Below, one piece after another: positions 45,623 through 54,744 of a DNA stretch of 64,000 bases. The number at the start of each line of letters is the position of its first letter. Position 1 is the stretch's first letter. A program made the translations under genes and the position numbers. A model generated the notes under the pieces. That model ran no database searches. It was not told where the DNA came from and saw only the letters and a program-made list of their open reading frames with translations. The DNA is taken from the NCBI GenBank assembly GCA_032250835.1, contig JAVVEA010000010.1, positions 1-64,000 on the forward strand, in the 5' to 3' direction. This DNA comes from a bacterium. Its GTDB lineage: Bacteria > SAR324 > XYD2-FULL-50-16.

Positions 45623-47798
45623 CCTTTTGCTGCTCTTAGCCGCCTTTTACCTGTCCTGGCGGGTAGTCGGTGGAGATTTCTTAGAAACCCGCCTGGGGGC
45701 TTTGATGCCCTTGGAGGCCGGTGGCGCTGAGTTGTCGCAGCTGTTAGAACAGTTTGGAGAACAATCAGGTAGCCGCCTTTTTTTTCTGCTAGAAGGCCCG
45801 AACCCGACCGAACTGGTGACTGCGGGGCAAGCACTACACCGCGCATTGTTGGACAGTGGACGCTTTGAGCCGGCGCCGCAACCGGCAGATTGGCTGGATT
45901 TTTTAACCCAGTCGCCTTGGACGCACCTGCCCCAAGCCCACCAACAAGCCTTAAACTCGCCCGATCCGGTGGCCGCCTTGACTTCGCTGGGTGAGGCGGC
46001 TTTGGCTTCACCCTTCGGCCCCTTGGGCGACCCTGCCCAGGACCCTTTTTTGACGATTCCGGCCCGTGCCGCCCAGTGGTCTCAGGCAATACCGCCCGGT
46101 GAGGTCTTGGGGCCCTTGCGTTTACTGCCCGGTCCGGCGCTGGTCTTTGAGCTCAGCATAACCCATTCCGCCTTTGATTACGCCGCCACCCGTCTTGATG
46201 CCCAGGTGATCGAGAAGCAGCTGGCAAAACTGCAATCCCAAGCTTCGGGGCTGAGCTTGCGTTGGATTGGCCTGTCTCGCTACGCTGATCGCTCAGCAGC
46301 GCTGGCGCGCTCGGAAATGAACTGGATCGGTGGTTTTTCGTTGCTGGGGATCTTGGCCTTAGTTTATGGGTCCTTCGGCTCTTTGAGGTTGTTGGGTTTG
46401 GCCCTATTGGCCTTGGGTAGTGGCCTGTTGTTGGCTTTGGCCGGTTCGCTTTGGGTTTTTGGCAGCTTGCATGTGATCACCCTGGTCTTCGGGGCCAGTT
46501 TGACTGGGGTGGCCATCGACTATGCCTTCCATAGCTTCACCCAGAGCCAAGTGGAGCCCAGGGGGACCTTGCGGGGCATCCGCTCGGCGTTGTTGCTGGG
46601 GATGGGCTCTAGCGTGCTGGCCTATTTGGCCTTGGGGTTGGCTCCCTTTGCGGGCCTGCGCCAGGTGGCGCTGTTTTCGGCTTTAGGCCTGTTGGGGTCG
46701 ATGGCCGCCGTCTTTTGGCTGTTACCGGGCTTGATGCCGCAATCTCCAGGGTTGGTCGACCCGCTCCCCCAGCGTTTGGGGCGGTGGTGGTTGGCTCGAT
46801 TTGAAGGTTGGCGGCCTCGTTGGGTCGCCGCGGCGATCTTGCTGCTCGCTGCCCCTGGCTGGCTGATGCTGCAAAGCAACGACGATGTGGCCCTCTTGGC
46901 CCCGAGACCTGCCGACTTGGTGGCTGATGAGGCCGCAATGGCGCAGAAGATCCCGCAACTCCACTTAGGTTCCTTCTTTATGGTCCAGGCCCCAGACCCC
47001 CAAAGTCTTTCGGACCGGTTAGGAGCCCTGCAGGCAAAAGTGCCGGGGCGTTCGCTGCATGATTTTTGGTTAGGGCCCCAAAGGCAAGAAGGGGATTTGC
47101 GGCGGTTGCGCAGTGCCTGGAATAGCGGTTACCGTGCCCAACTAGCCCATTGGGGTTGGGAGCCTGAACTTTTAGAGCGCTACCAACAGCACTTGGCCCA
47201 GGCCCAACCGGTAGGCTTGGACCAGCTGCCGCAAAAGGGCCTGTGGATCAAATTTAAAGGACAATTTTACGCCCCGCTGCTCCCTAGCCAGCCCCCTACA
47301 GACGAAGATTTGGCAGCGGTACGGCAGCTAGCGGGGGTGAATTGGGTAGATCAGCGGGGCCAAGCCAGCCGCCTGCTCCAACGTTACCGCGAAGAGGGGA
47401 CATGGTTGTTGTTGGGGGCCTATAGCCTGATTGCTGGATTGCTGGTGGTTCGTTATGGTTGGCGTCGTGGTCTTTGGGTCATCATGCCCCCCTTGGTCGC
47501 TGCGGGGAGTCTCTTGGGCTTGATGGGTTGGCTGGGATTTCCCCTAAATTTGTTCCACCTTTTGGGCTTGGTTTTGGTCTTAGGTGTGGGGATCGACCAC
47601 AGCCTCTTTTTTGCCGAGGCACAAGAGCAGCCAGAAAAGGTTTGGATGGCCGTGATGTTGTCTGCGGCAACCAGCCTGCTGGCCTTTGGTTTGCTCTCTT
47701 TTAGTCAGACCGGTGCTCTGTCTGCCTTGGGCTTGGTGACCGGTTGGGGCGTCGCCTTGGCGCTGATTTTTTCTCCCCTTGCTGGGCAAAGGAGTTGA
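45594..47798 (+). CDS. MMPL/RND-type lipid exporter (ApeM-like)
   Basis: Two TM bundles, FGASLTGVAIDY, LVLGVGIDHS, AFGLLSFS. Confidence 0.8.
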   Translation: MHRFKTLSLSLLLLLAAFYLSWRVVGGDFLETRLGALMPLEAGGAELSQLLEQFGEQSGSRLFFLLEGPNPTELVTAGQALHRALLDSGRFEPAPQPADWLDFLTQSPWTHLPQAHQQALNSPDPVAALTSLGEAALASPFGPLGDPAQDPFLTIPARAAQWSQAIPPGEVLGPLRLLPGPALVFELSITHSAFDYAATRLDAQVIEKQLAKLQSQASGLSLRWIGLSRYADRSAALARSEMNWIGGFSLLGILALVYGSFGSLRLLGLALLALGSGLLLALAGSLWVFGSLHVITLVFGASLTGVAIDYAFHSFTQSQVEPRGTLRGIRSALLLGMGSSVLAYLALGLAPFAGLRQVALFSALGLLGSMAAVFWLLPGLMPQSPGLVDPLPQRLGRWWLARFEGWRPRWVAAAILLLAAPGWLMLQSNDDVALLAPRPADLVADEAAMAQKIPQLHLGSFFMVQAPDPQSLSDRLGALQAKVPGRSLHDFWLGPQRQEGDLRRLRSAWNSGYRAQLAHWGWEPELLERYQQHLAQAQPVGLDQLPQKGLWIKFKGQFYAPLLPSQPPTDEDLAAVRQLAGVNWVDQRGQASRLLQRYREEGTWLLLGAYSLIAGLLVVRYGWRRGLWVIMPPLVAAGSLLGLMGWLGFPLNLFHLLGLVLVLGVGIDHSLFFAEAQEQPEKVWMAVMLSAATSLLAFGLLSFSQTGALSALGLVTGWGVALALIFSPLAGQRS

Positions 47799-47867
47799 AA
47801 ATATGTATATGTTCGCATATACTTTCCCCAAATAAACTCTTGGTTCCAACCCCTCTTTGGAGACGTG

Positions 47868-48458
47868 ATGAAAAGCCTGTGGATTCCCTTATTGATCAGC
47901 TTTGCCGCCGCTTGCACGCCTGCGGCCCAAGAACCTGCCCAGAAGGCCCCGGTACAGATAGACCAAGCCGCTCAGGTTGGTGAAGCGCGCATGAAGATCA
48001 AAGAATTTGCCACCGCATTGGGCGGCCACATGAAAAAAGGCATGATGGAAGGCGGCCCCACAGCGGCCATTGGCGTTTGCAACGAAAAGGCTCCCGAAGT
48101 TGCCGTTCAGGTCTCCGAGGGCCCTTGGAACGTCGGTCGAACGGCGCTGAAATACCGCAACGCGGCCAATAAACCCGACGCTTGGGAAGAAAAAGTGTTG
48201 ATGGATTTTGAAGCCCAGAAGGCCGCCGGAACGCCTATTGCCGACTTGGATTATAGCGAGGTGGTGGTCGTCAATGGCCAGCAGACCTTCCGCTACATGA
48301 AAGCCATCCCGACCCAGGCGATGTGTTTGAAATGCCATGCTACCGACCTAGACCCCGCCATCGAAGCGAAGCTCAAGGAGTTATACCCCGATGACCGCGC
48401 CCGTGGCTTTGTCGAAGGGGACATCCGCGGCGCTTTTACCTTATCGAAGCCCCTCTAA
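47868..48458 (+). CDS. DUF3365/Tll0287-like heme c lipoprotein
   Basis: Lipobox-like AAAC, RNAANKPDAWE, FRYMKAI, CLKCH, YPDDRARGF..GDIRGAF. Confidence 0.82.
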   Translation: MKSLWIPLLISFAAACTPAAQEPAQKAPVQIDQAAQVGEARMKIKEFATALGGHMKKGMMEGGPTAAIGVCNEKAPEVAVQVSEGPWNVGRTALKYRNAANKPDAWEEKVLMDFEAQKAAGTPIADLDYSEVVVVNGQQTFRYMKAIPTQAMCLKCHATDLDPAIEAKLKELYPDDRARGFVEGDIRGAFTLSKPL

Positions 48459-48561
48459 AAGGATTGTCCAGGGGCCGGCAAAATGAACAAAACTTCACTG
48501 GTCCCGCCCCTGTGCTTCCCGTTATATAGGGTTATAACTTAGACCCTATGAGGGAGGTAAC

Positions 48562-49119
48562 ATGATTTATCTTTTGGTGATGATGGGCGTCGTCGGGTTT
48601 CTTTTCACCACCGACGGCGGCCAAAATATTGAAGTGCTGGTCACCCCGCCCCAGGCTCAGGTGGTCACCCTGGATGCGGACCAAGGACTCCAAAAAGCCA
48701 GCTGGTTGGCTAGCCCGGAAGACCCGGATTTGGGGGTCTTTCGGGTGGCTTTGCAAGATGGCCGACAATGCCTCTTAAGCCGCACCAAACAGGCCCTGGC
48801 CTGCTCCGCTGGGCCCGTGTCCGGTTGGAGTGAGAAGATGACCTCTTTTGTTCAAGAAGCGGCCGAGCCCCCGGCTCCTCGGATTTACCATCTCCAGCTA
48901 GAAGACGGCCTGGAATGCATCGGCAACCGTGCCTACACGGCGCTTGCTTGCCGTTGGGAGGCGAAGTCTAAGCCCAAGGTGTTAGATCGCATCGTCGCGC
49001 TCGGCGGGAGTGAAAAGGATGCGCAGGCATTGCGCCTTTACCGGGTTGACTTCACCGACGGAACCCGCTGCTATCTACCCCACGCAAAGAACTCGATTCA
49101 ATGCAACTGGGCCCCCTAG
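48562..49119 (+). CDS. Membrane-anchored protein with three DGxxC-x10-C repeats
   Basis: GGAGG SD; N-terminal hydrophobic segment; three Cys-pair repeats. Confidence 0.6.
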   Translation: MIYLLVMMGVVGFLFTTDGGQNIEVLVTPPQAQVVTLDADQGLQKASWLASPEDPDLGVFRVALQDGRQCLLSRTKQALACSAGPVSGWSEKMTSFVQEAAEPPAPRIYHLQLEDGLECIGNRAYTALACRWEAKSKPKVLDRIVALGGSEKDAQALRLYRVDFTDGTRCYLPHAKNSIQCNWAP

Positions 49120-49173
49120 CCTTTTTGGTCCGGAACCCTTAGGCTGGAGCTAAATCCTTCAGCCTAAAGGTCT

Positions 49174-49434
49174 ATGGAACCCTATTTGCCCCTTTTAGAC
49201 AATATATCTCAGACGTTCATCTTGGTGGTCGGTGCCGCTGCAATTTGGCTGGTCGGGCGTCGTGAAGCTTGGAAGCGGTGGGGTTATATTTTCGGCATGA
49301 TCACCCAGCCTTTTTGGTTTTACACCACCATCCGGGCCGAACAATGGGGATTGTTCGCCCTTAGTCTGTGGTATACCTATTCTTGGGGGCAGGGGATCTA
49401 TAACTACTGGTTCAAGGCGCAACCAGAAGACTAG
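49174..49434 (+). CDS. Small Trp-rich 3-TM protein (PnuC-like half module)
   Basis: WGYIFGMITQPFW...QWGLF...SWGQGIYN. Confidence 0.55.
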   Translation: MEPYLPLLDNISQTFILVVGAAAIWLVGRREAWKRWGYIFGMITQPFWFYTTIRAEQWGLFALSLWYTYSWGQGIYNYWFKAQPED

Positions 49435-50690
49435 AAGCCGAACTCGGCCAGCATCTTGTCGATGTCCGCCTGTTTCTTGAGGTCTTCGGGGTTGTTGTCC
49501 TGGGGGCCTTCGAGCATCAAGCCATCGCGTTCGGTGCCCCGGAGCGGGGTGTTGTGGTCTTCTTCGGCTGAAGCCGAGGCAGCCGGAGCGGGGGCCGGGG
49601 TAGGCGCTCCACTGGCAGGCATCTTGCCGCTGTACTTTTGGATGATGCTGAGCAGGTTGAATTCCAACTGCTCGATGAAGGAAATGATCTTCTTGAGTGT
49701 TTGGCCTGTTAAGTCCTGGAAGGACTGGTTGCCAATGATCTCAAAATAGATGGCCTCATTTTCGCTGTATACCTTTTCGGTACCCAACAATTCTTCTTTA
49801 ACGCCGTTGTGTAACTTCTCGCTCAGCCCGTGCAGCTGATCGGCCAAGGCCGGATTGGCTTCGGCTAGGGCCAGAAGCTCTTCTTCGACCCCACCGCAGA
49901 CCTCTAACATCTTAGCCGTCTTGTCGCGGTTTGCGGCGTTGTTGTCGAGCAAGCTTTCGGCTTGGTCTAAGGTCGAGTTGGCCGCCGATTCCATCCGCTG
50001 GATCACCAAGTTTAACTTGTCGATGGCGTCGGGCATGTCGTCCATCAAGCTGGGGTCCAGCTTGTCGGTGGGCACTCCTTCGGAGAAGTCTTGGAGGCTG
50101 TTGTGGATGCCGCGCACCATCCGCCCGATCTCGTTGATCAAGAAGAAGCTTTCGCGGTTTGCCGTAAGGTGGTGCAGGTGGTTTAGGCTGGTTTCGATGT
50201 CCTCAAAATCCTTGCGGACCACTGCTTTGAAGAAGCTGGCGATGGCCTTTAAGATCAGGCGCAGCTTTTCAATGTTTTTGGGCGGTAAGAGGCGGGTGAT
50301 GTAAAAGATCTTTTCTTGGATCTCCCCTAAATCCGCTTCGACTTCTTCGATGCGGTTGGACAATTCCGCATAGCCATCGTTGGTCTTAAAGTAGTCGTCG
50401 TCGGGGTCTTGGGGGAGGTAGAAGTTGAGCTTTTCGCCCTGGTAATGGTCGAGCGTAGAGCGCAGATAAGCGCCCAACATCTCCATGGCGCGGACGTTGA
50501 GTCCGGCGAACTGCATTCCGTTGATGCGTTCTTGCAAGGCCGCCTGAACCCTGTTGGGGTCCAGGCGGTCTTGACCTGAGAATTCGGTAAGCAGCCCCTC
50601 GTAATCCTTGATCGCGTGGTAAAGCTGAACGAAGGATTCGAGGAATTCCTCTTTGCTGACCGAGCAGCGGTTGTTGCTGTCTACGAACAT
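49431..50690 (-). CDS. cheZ: CheZ-like phosphatase with N-terminal extension
   Basis: SFQDLTGQ catalytic DxxxQ; C-terminal QADIDKMLAEFGF CheY-binding peptide. Confidence 0.78.
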   Translation of the reverse strand: MFVDSNNRCSVSKEEFLESFVQLYHAIKDYEGLLTEFSGQDRLDPNRVQAALQERINGMQFAGLNVRAMEMLGAYLRSTLDHYQGEKLNFYLPQDPDDDYFKTNDGYAELSNRIEEVEADLGEIQEKIFYITRLLPPKNIEKLRLILKAIASFFKAVVRKDFEDIETSLNHLHHLTANRESFFLINEIGRMVRGIHNSLQDFSEGVPTDKLDPSLMDDMPDAIDKLNLVIQRMESAANSTLDQAESLLDNNAANRDKTAKMLEVCGGVEEELLALAEANPALADQLHGLSEKLHNGVKEELLGTEKVYSENEAIYFEIIGNQSFQDLTGQTLKKIISFIEQLEFNLLSIIQKYSGKMPASGAPTPAPAPAASASAEEDHNTPLRGTERDGLMLEGPQDNNPEDLKKQADIDKMLAEFGF

Positions 50691-50702
50691 GCGCCCATGT
50701 TG

Positions 50703-52196
50703 TTATTCCTGTGCGGCAATCAGTTTTTCTCGCAGTTGCTCGATAGACTTCAAGACGTCAGGACTGCCGGTGAAGGTTTCTGCTCGATCCAATTGGTCGA
50801 GCAGTGTCTTGGCACTGGAGCCGCCAAAGTTGGGCTGCTTCAATCGACCTTCGATGAGTTCCATCGTAAGGGTGATGACATTTTCCCGTAGTTGGTTGCG
50901 TTTCGTCAAGGCGTTGTACAGCTGTGCGTCCGATTCTGCGTAAAGCGCGGACTCTTCGAACTGGCGGATCGCCTCGAGCATCTTCTCGATGCGGGCCTGT
51001 TCGTCTTTGATGGTTAACGCCATCTTTTGGGTTTCTAAACCGGCAATGAAGGCCCGACCATAATCGGAGTCGGACTTGATGGCCTTTTGAACCCGAATGG
51101 TGCGGTAGGTCTTGCGCTCTTCGGACTCACGCTCTTTTTCTTCGAGCAACATACCCCGGCTGATCACCGTTTGGTCGATTAAAGCGAAGAAGTTGACGTA
51201 AACGCTGGTGTCGGAGTTCTTATAGACCACCGGCGGGATGTCCAATACCTTGGGGTTAAAGGAAGCCCGCAGGAAGGTCCGCTTTGGATACTTGCTGTTG
51301 TTGACCACTTCAATGTTGTTTAGGTACTCCAAGCTGGGCACCGGGCGGATCAGATTGGTTTTCTCCGAGTTGGGGATGGTGATGTCCATCACAAACTCTT
51401 TGGTGTATTGTTTGGTCCGCTTGTTATACAACTTGCGCTCGTAAATCTCGATGGGGAAGTTCTCCCCTTGTAGTGCAATGTTTTGGTCAAATTGGATCTC
51501 CACGCCGAACTGAGCAACGCCGTCTTCAACCATCCCTTTGGGGTTGGCGACGATTTTGTTGACGCCATAAGCCCGGCCCATCACGTCCTCGCCTAATTCC
51601 TTCGAAGCCAAGAGATGGTTGCTTTTGAGCAGCTTGTAAGCCGTTTCATAGGTAACCAATTCACTGGTGCCGTTCATCAGGTCGATGATGTAGCGGAACT
51701 TAGAGCCCGTCTCGTCGCGCCCGAAGGCCGTTTCGTGGGGGCTGATCAAGTTAAAGGACTTGATCTGGTACTTAAAGTTCTGCCCTTCCAAGGGATCGGC
51801 AGGGCCATATTCTTTGATGTACACGTTGGCCTGAAGCGCCTGGCGGTGGAAGACGTTTTTGTCGAGCACCACAAAACGGGTATCCATAGGGTCTAAAAAC
51901 AACAGGCTGCGGTTGTCTGAAAGCAACAGCATGTCGTCTCTGGTCCACTTATAGATCTGGTCCATATACCATTTGTGAGAACTTCCGTCCGAGAGGATTA
52001 CCGAAATAAAGTAATCCTTTGGAGAGGCATTCTGCACGTAGGTAGAGGCCACGGTGTAGCGCCCTAAAGTACCTTTGTCCAAGACCCGGGCGAGGGCCAT
52101 GGCATTTTCCTTATCGGTGTACTTAGGCATACCCAAGGCTTGGGTGATGCTTAAGGCCAACAGGGCGATAGTGGTTAACCAGGTTTTCGGCTTCAT
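50703..52196 (-). CDS. Exported protein of unknown function (AMIN-like middle, helical C-terminus)
   Basis: Signal peptide MKPKTWLTTIALLAL; ~497 aa ORF with core-like codon use. Confidence 0.6.
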   Translation of the reverse strand: MKPKTWLTTIALLALSITQALGMPKYTDKENAMALARVLDKGTLGRYTVASTYVQNASPKDYFISVILSDGSSHKWYMDQIYKWTRDDMLLLSDNRSLLFLDPMDTRFVVLDKNVFHRQALQANVYIKEYGPADPLEGQNFKYQIKSFNLISPHETAFGRDETGSKFRYIIDLMNGTSELVTYETAYKLLKSNHLLASKELGEDVMGRAYGVNKIVANPKGMVEDGVAQFGVEIQFDQNIALQGENFPIEIYERKLYNKRTKQYTKEFVMDITIPNSEKTNLIRPVPSLEYLNNIEVVNNSKYPKRTFLRASFNPKVLDIPPVVYKNSDTSVYVNFFALIDQTVISRGMLLEEKERESEERKTYRTIRVQKAIKSDSDYGRAFIAGLETQKMALTIKDEQARIEKMLEAIRQFEESALYAESDAQLYNALTKRNQLRENVITLTMELIEGRLKQPNFGGSSAKTLLDQLDRAETFTGSPDVLKSIEQLREKLIAAQE

Positions 52197-52235
52197 GGCT
52201 GATCCTTTCATTGGGGGGGGAGTCCCGCTTAAAAC

Positions 52236-53183
52236 TTACTTGTAGTCCTTGCCGAGGTAGATCTCAATATCTACGCCGACCCGTTCGGTCTGATCCAGCA
52301 TCGGGACAACCCTTTGCTCACCGTCGATCAGTGTGGCCAGGGTCAACGCTGATTTGAGGTAATTTTCCCGGTAATAGATGGTGGTATCAACGGGGCGCTC
52401 ACTCGGAGCGTTGGAGATATTGACAATATCCAACTTCATGCCCAAGGCTTCTTCAATATTGCGTTTCTGCAAGTTGCCTAAGAACACGCTTAGCTGGTAG
52501 GCCCGCTTTGAGTAGCCGGTGCCGTTGAGCAGCGAGATTTGCATGACCGTGGGTTTGCGGTATTGCTTGATGATCTCGCGGGCGTCTTTTTGTAATTTTT
52601 CCGAAGAAGCCTGCTTTTGGGCTTCTAGTTCCTTTAGGCGCTCTTTGGTGAAGCGCTCTTGGCGGCGGCGGTTGCGGGCCGAGTCGGGCGAGGCTTTTTG
52701 TTGTAACTCAGCCATGACCTTCTCATAGTCGCGTAATAAGACACGTACCAAGGTTTCGCTGATCGGCTTTTGGACTTCCGGCTTTAAAGATTTTTTGCCT
52801 TCCACCACCAAGTCGAGGTTAAAGGATACGTCGGATTCGCCGACTTCCTCTACCGTTTCAACGAGCTTGATGTTTTCTACCGGAACTTCTTCGCCGAAGG
52901 TGATGAAGCCCGAGGGCATTTGCTCGGGGTCCACCAAAGTGGCGGGTAGTTCTAGCGTCAATTTGTTGCTGTTGGGCTTCTGGCGCACCCGGATATTCTC
53001 TAATTCGGCGACATTTAAGATGCCCCGGATTTGGAGGATATAGTCTTCGCCCTGAGGGGTGAGGGTGATGGACTTGATGATGCTGCCTTTATCTACCTGG
53101 GCAAAAGCCGGGGCAGGCAGGGCAAAGGCCAGGGCGATGGCCAGCCAGATCCAGTTTTGGCCGATCCGTTTTAAATGAGTCAT
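52236..53183 (-). CDS. Exported protein with C-terminal LytR_C domain
   Basis: Signal peptide; ISLLNGTG...A, NA......TTIYY, DIEIYLGKD. Confidence 0.7.
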   Translation of the reverse strand: MTHLKRIGQNWIWLAIALAFALPAPAFAQVDKGSIIKSITLTPQGEDYILQIRGILNVAELENIRVRQKPNSNKLTLELPATLVDPEQMPSGFITFGEEVPVENIKLVETVEEVGESDVSFNLDLVVEGKKSLKPEVQKPISETLVRVLLRDYEKVMAELQQKASPDSARNRRRQERFTKERLKELEAQKQASSEKLQKDAREIIKQYRKPTVMQISLLNGTGYSKRAYQLSVFLGNLQKRNIEEALGMKLDIVNISNAPSERPVDTTIYYRENYLKSALTLATLIDGEQRVVPMLDQTERVGVDIEIYLGKDYK

Positions 53184-53472
53184 GTCGCCACTCCAAGGGA
53201 GGTCCGAGTGTTTTTAGTTGAGCCAAAAGCTCTTTTCGTGACCTCCTCAATGCAGGAACGGGGCCTTTTTTTTTAGGCCCCATTTTTTGTTCCATTTTCG
53301 GTGCTTTCTCTATAGGCGTATCAGCCTGTTAGGCTTGGGAGCAACCTATTTTACCCAGAAGTACCGGGCAATGAAGGGAAAAATCAATCGGCAATTGATT
53401 TTGTTGCCCGGCTCCGGTAATGCTTGCCTAAGGGGATGATTCCCGAGGGATTCCAACGGCTCAAGCGGATTT

Positions 53473-54744
53473 ATGCAAGCAACTTGCGAACATTGTGGTA
53501 AGAACATCAAAGTTGACGAGGCCTCATTAGCTGGCGGCTCGGGCTTTGTGCGCTGTCCCCATTGCGCTAAGGTGACCGCTACCGAAGGGGCCAGCGGGGC
53601 TCAAGAGGTGAGCTGCGACTCCTGCGGCACCCACTACGCCATTGCCAAAGAAAAATTTTCCGCCCCTAGGATTAGCGTCAAGTGCGCCAAGTGCGGTAAC
53701 CACTTCGAAGTGACCGCCGCCGGGGCCTCGGCGGACTCCGACTTGGCCCAAGACCCCTTGGACTTAGACGACTCTGAGTTAGGTGACGCCGAATTGAGCG
53801 AAGATTTTGGCGACGATCTGGGCGACGACGCCATGGACCTGAACGGGGACGGGCTATCGGACTTAGACGAAGAAGACGACTTCGCCAGCTTGGACGACGA
53901 CTTCACCGGCGGCATAGAACCGGAGGGTGAGGCCGAACCCGAAGATGACTTCGCTTCTTTAGACGCCGGGCTAGACGACAGCGACATGGCTGAGCCCAGC
54001 GCTGACTTTGATTTAGGCGAAGACGAACCAGATTTTGACTCAGGCCTACCCGACGAGCCGGATTTAGAAGGGCTTGAAGAAGCCGAGGAATTTGGCGAGA
54101 TGGAAGACGAGATCACCGCCGAAGAACGCAATCTCTTTTTAGGCAGTGAACTGGCCGAAACGGGCCCGGCGCTTTCCAGTAAAAAAACGAAAAGAAAAAA
54201 AGGCAGCCGCGCGCCTTTTTGGTCTTTTATGGGCCTCTTGATGGTGGTGGGCTTGGTGGCCGGCGGGCTGTATTTAAACAAAAACCCGCAATTTCTTCTT
54301 GAGCAAGACTGGGTCCAAATACCCCAAGGCCTGCTAGAATCTAAACCTCAGGTAATGCTTAGCCTCCAAACGCCCTTGAAGGGTCGTTGGGTTGAGAACC
54401 GACAGGTTGGGCGGATTTTTGTTTTAGAAGGCCAGATCAAGAATTATTACCCGGCGGACCGGCCGGTCCATTGGATTCAGATCACGGGCATGTTGCAGGG
54501 GGTCGATGGGGAGCCGATGGCCAAGGCCCACAACCTAGCTGGTCGGGCCTTAAAGGATATTCGGCTGAGCCAGTGGAACCGCGTGAAACTAGAGGCCTAC
54601 GCCAAGCTAGACCCTACGGCGGCACCGAGCTTGAACACCGAGGCGTTGATCCCCTTCCAGATCCTTTTCTTCGACGTAAACGCACCAATCGGCCAGTTGG
54701 TCGCTGAGATCAGCGGGCTTTCGGCTGGTGACGAAGCGCATTAA
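53473..54744 (+). CDS. Double zinc-ribbon (MJ0042-type), acidic linker, TM, DUF3426-like domain (ZitP-like)
   Basis: CEHC..CPHC and CDSC..CAKC; long D/E-rich linker; TM; VLEGQIKN...PFQILF. Confidence 0.72.
   Translation: MQATCEHCGKNIKVDEASLAGGSGFVRCPHCAKVTATEGASGAQEVSCDSCGTHYAIAKEKFSAPRISVKCAKCGNHFEVTAAGASADSDLAQDPLDLDDSELGDAELSEDFGDDLGDDAMDLNGDGLSDLDEEDDFASLDDDFTGGIEPEGEAEPEDDFASLDAGLDDSDMAEPSADFDLGEDEPDFDSGLPDEPDLEGLEEAEEFGEMEDEITAEERNLFLGSELAETGPALSSKKTKRKKGSRAPFWSFMGLLMVVGLVAGGLYLNKNPQFLLEQDWVQIPQGLLESKPQVMLSLQTPLKGRWVENRQVGRIFVLEGQIKNYYPADRPVHWIQITGMLQGVDGEPMAKAHNLAGRALKDIRLSQWNRVKLEAYAKLDPTAAPSLNTEALIPFQILFFDVNAPIGQLVAEISGLSAGDEAH

Noticed and set aside
53740..54130. DNA tandem repeat
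   Set aside because: Low complexity reflects the Asp/Glu-rich linker coding sequence, not an independent repeat
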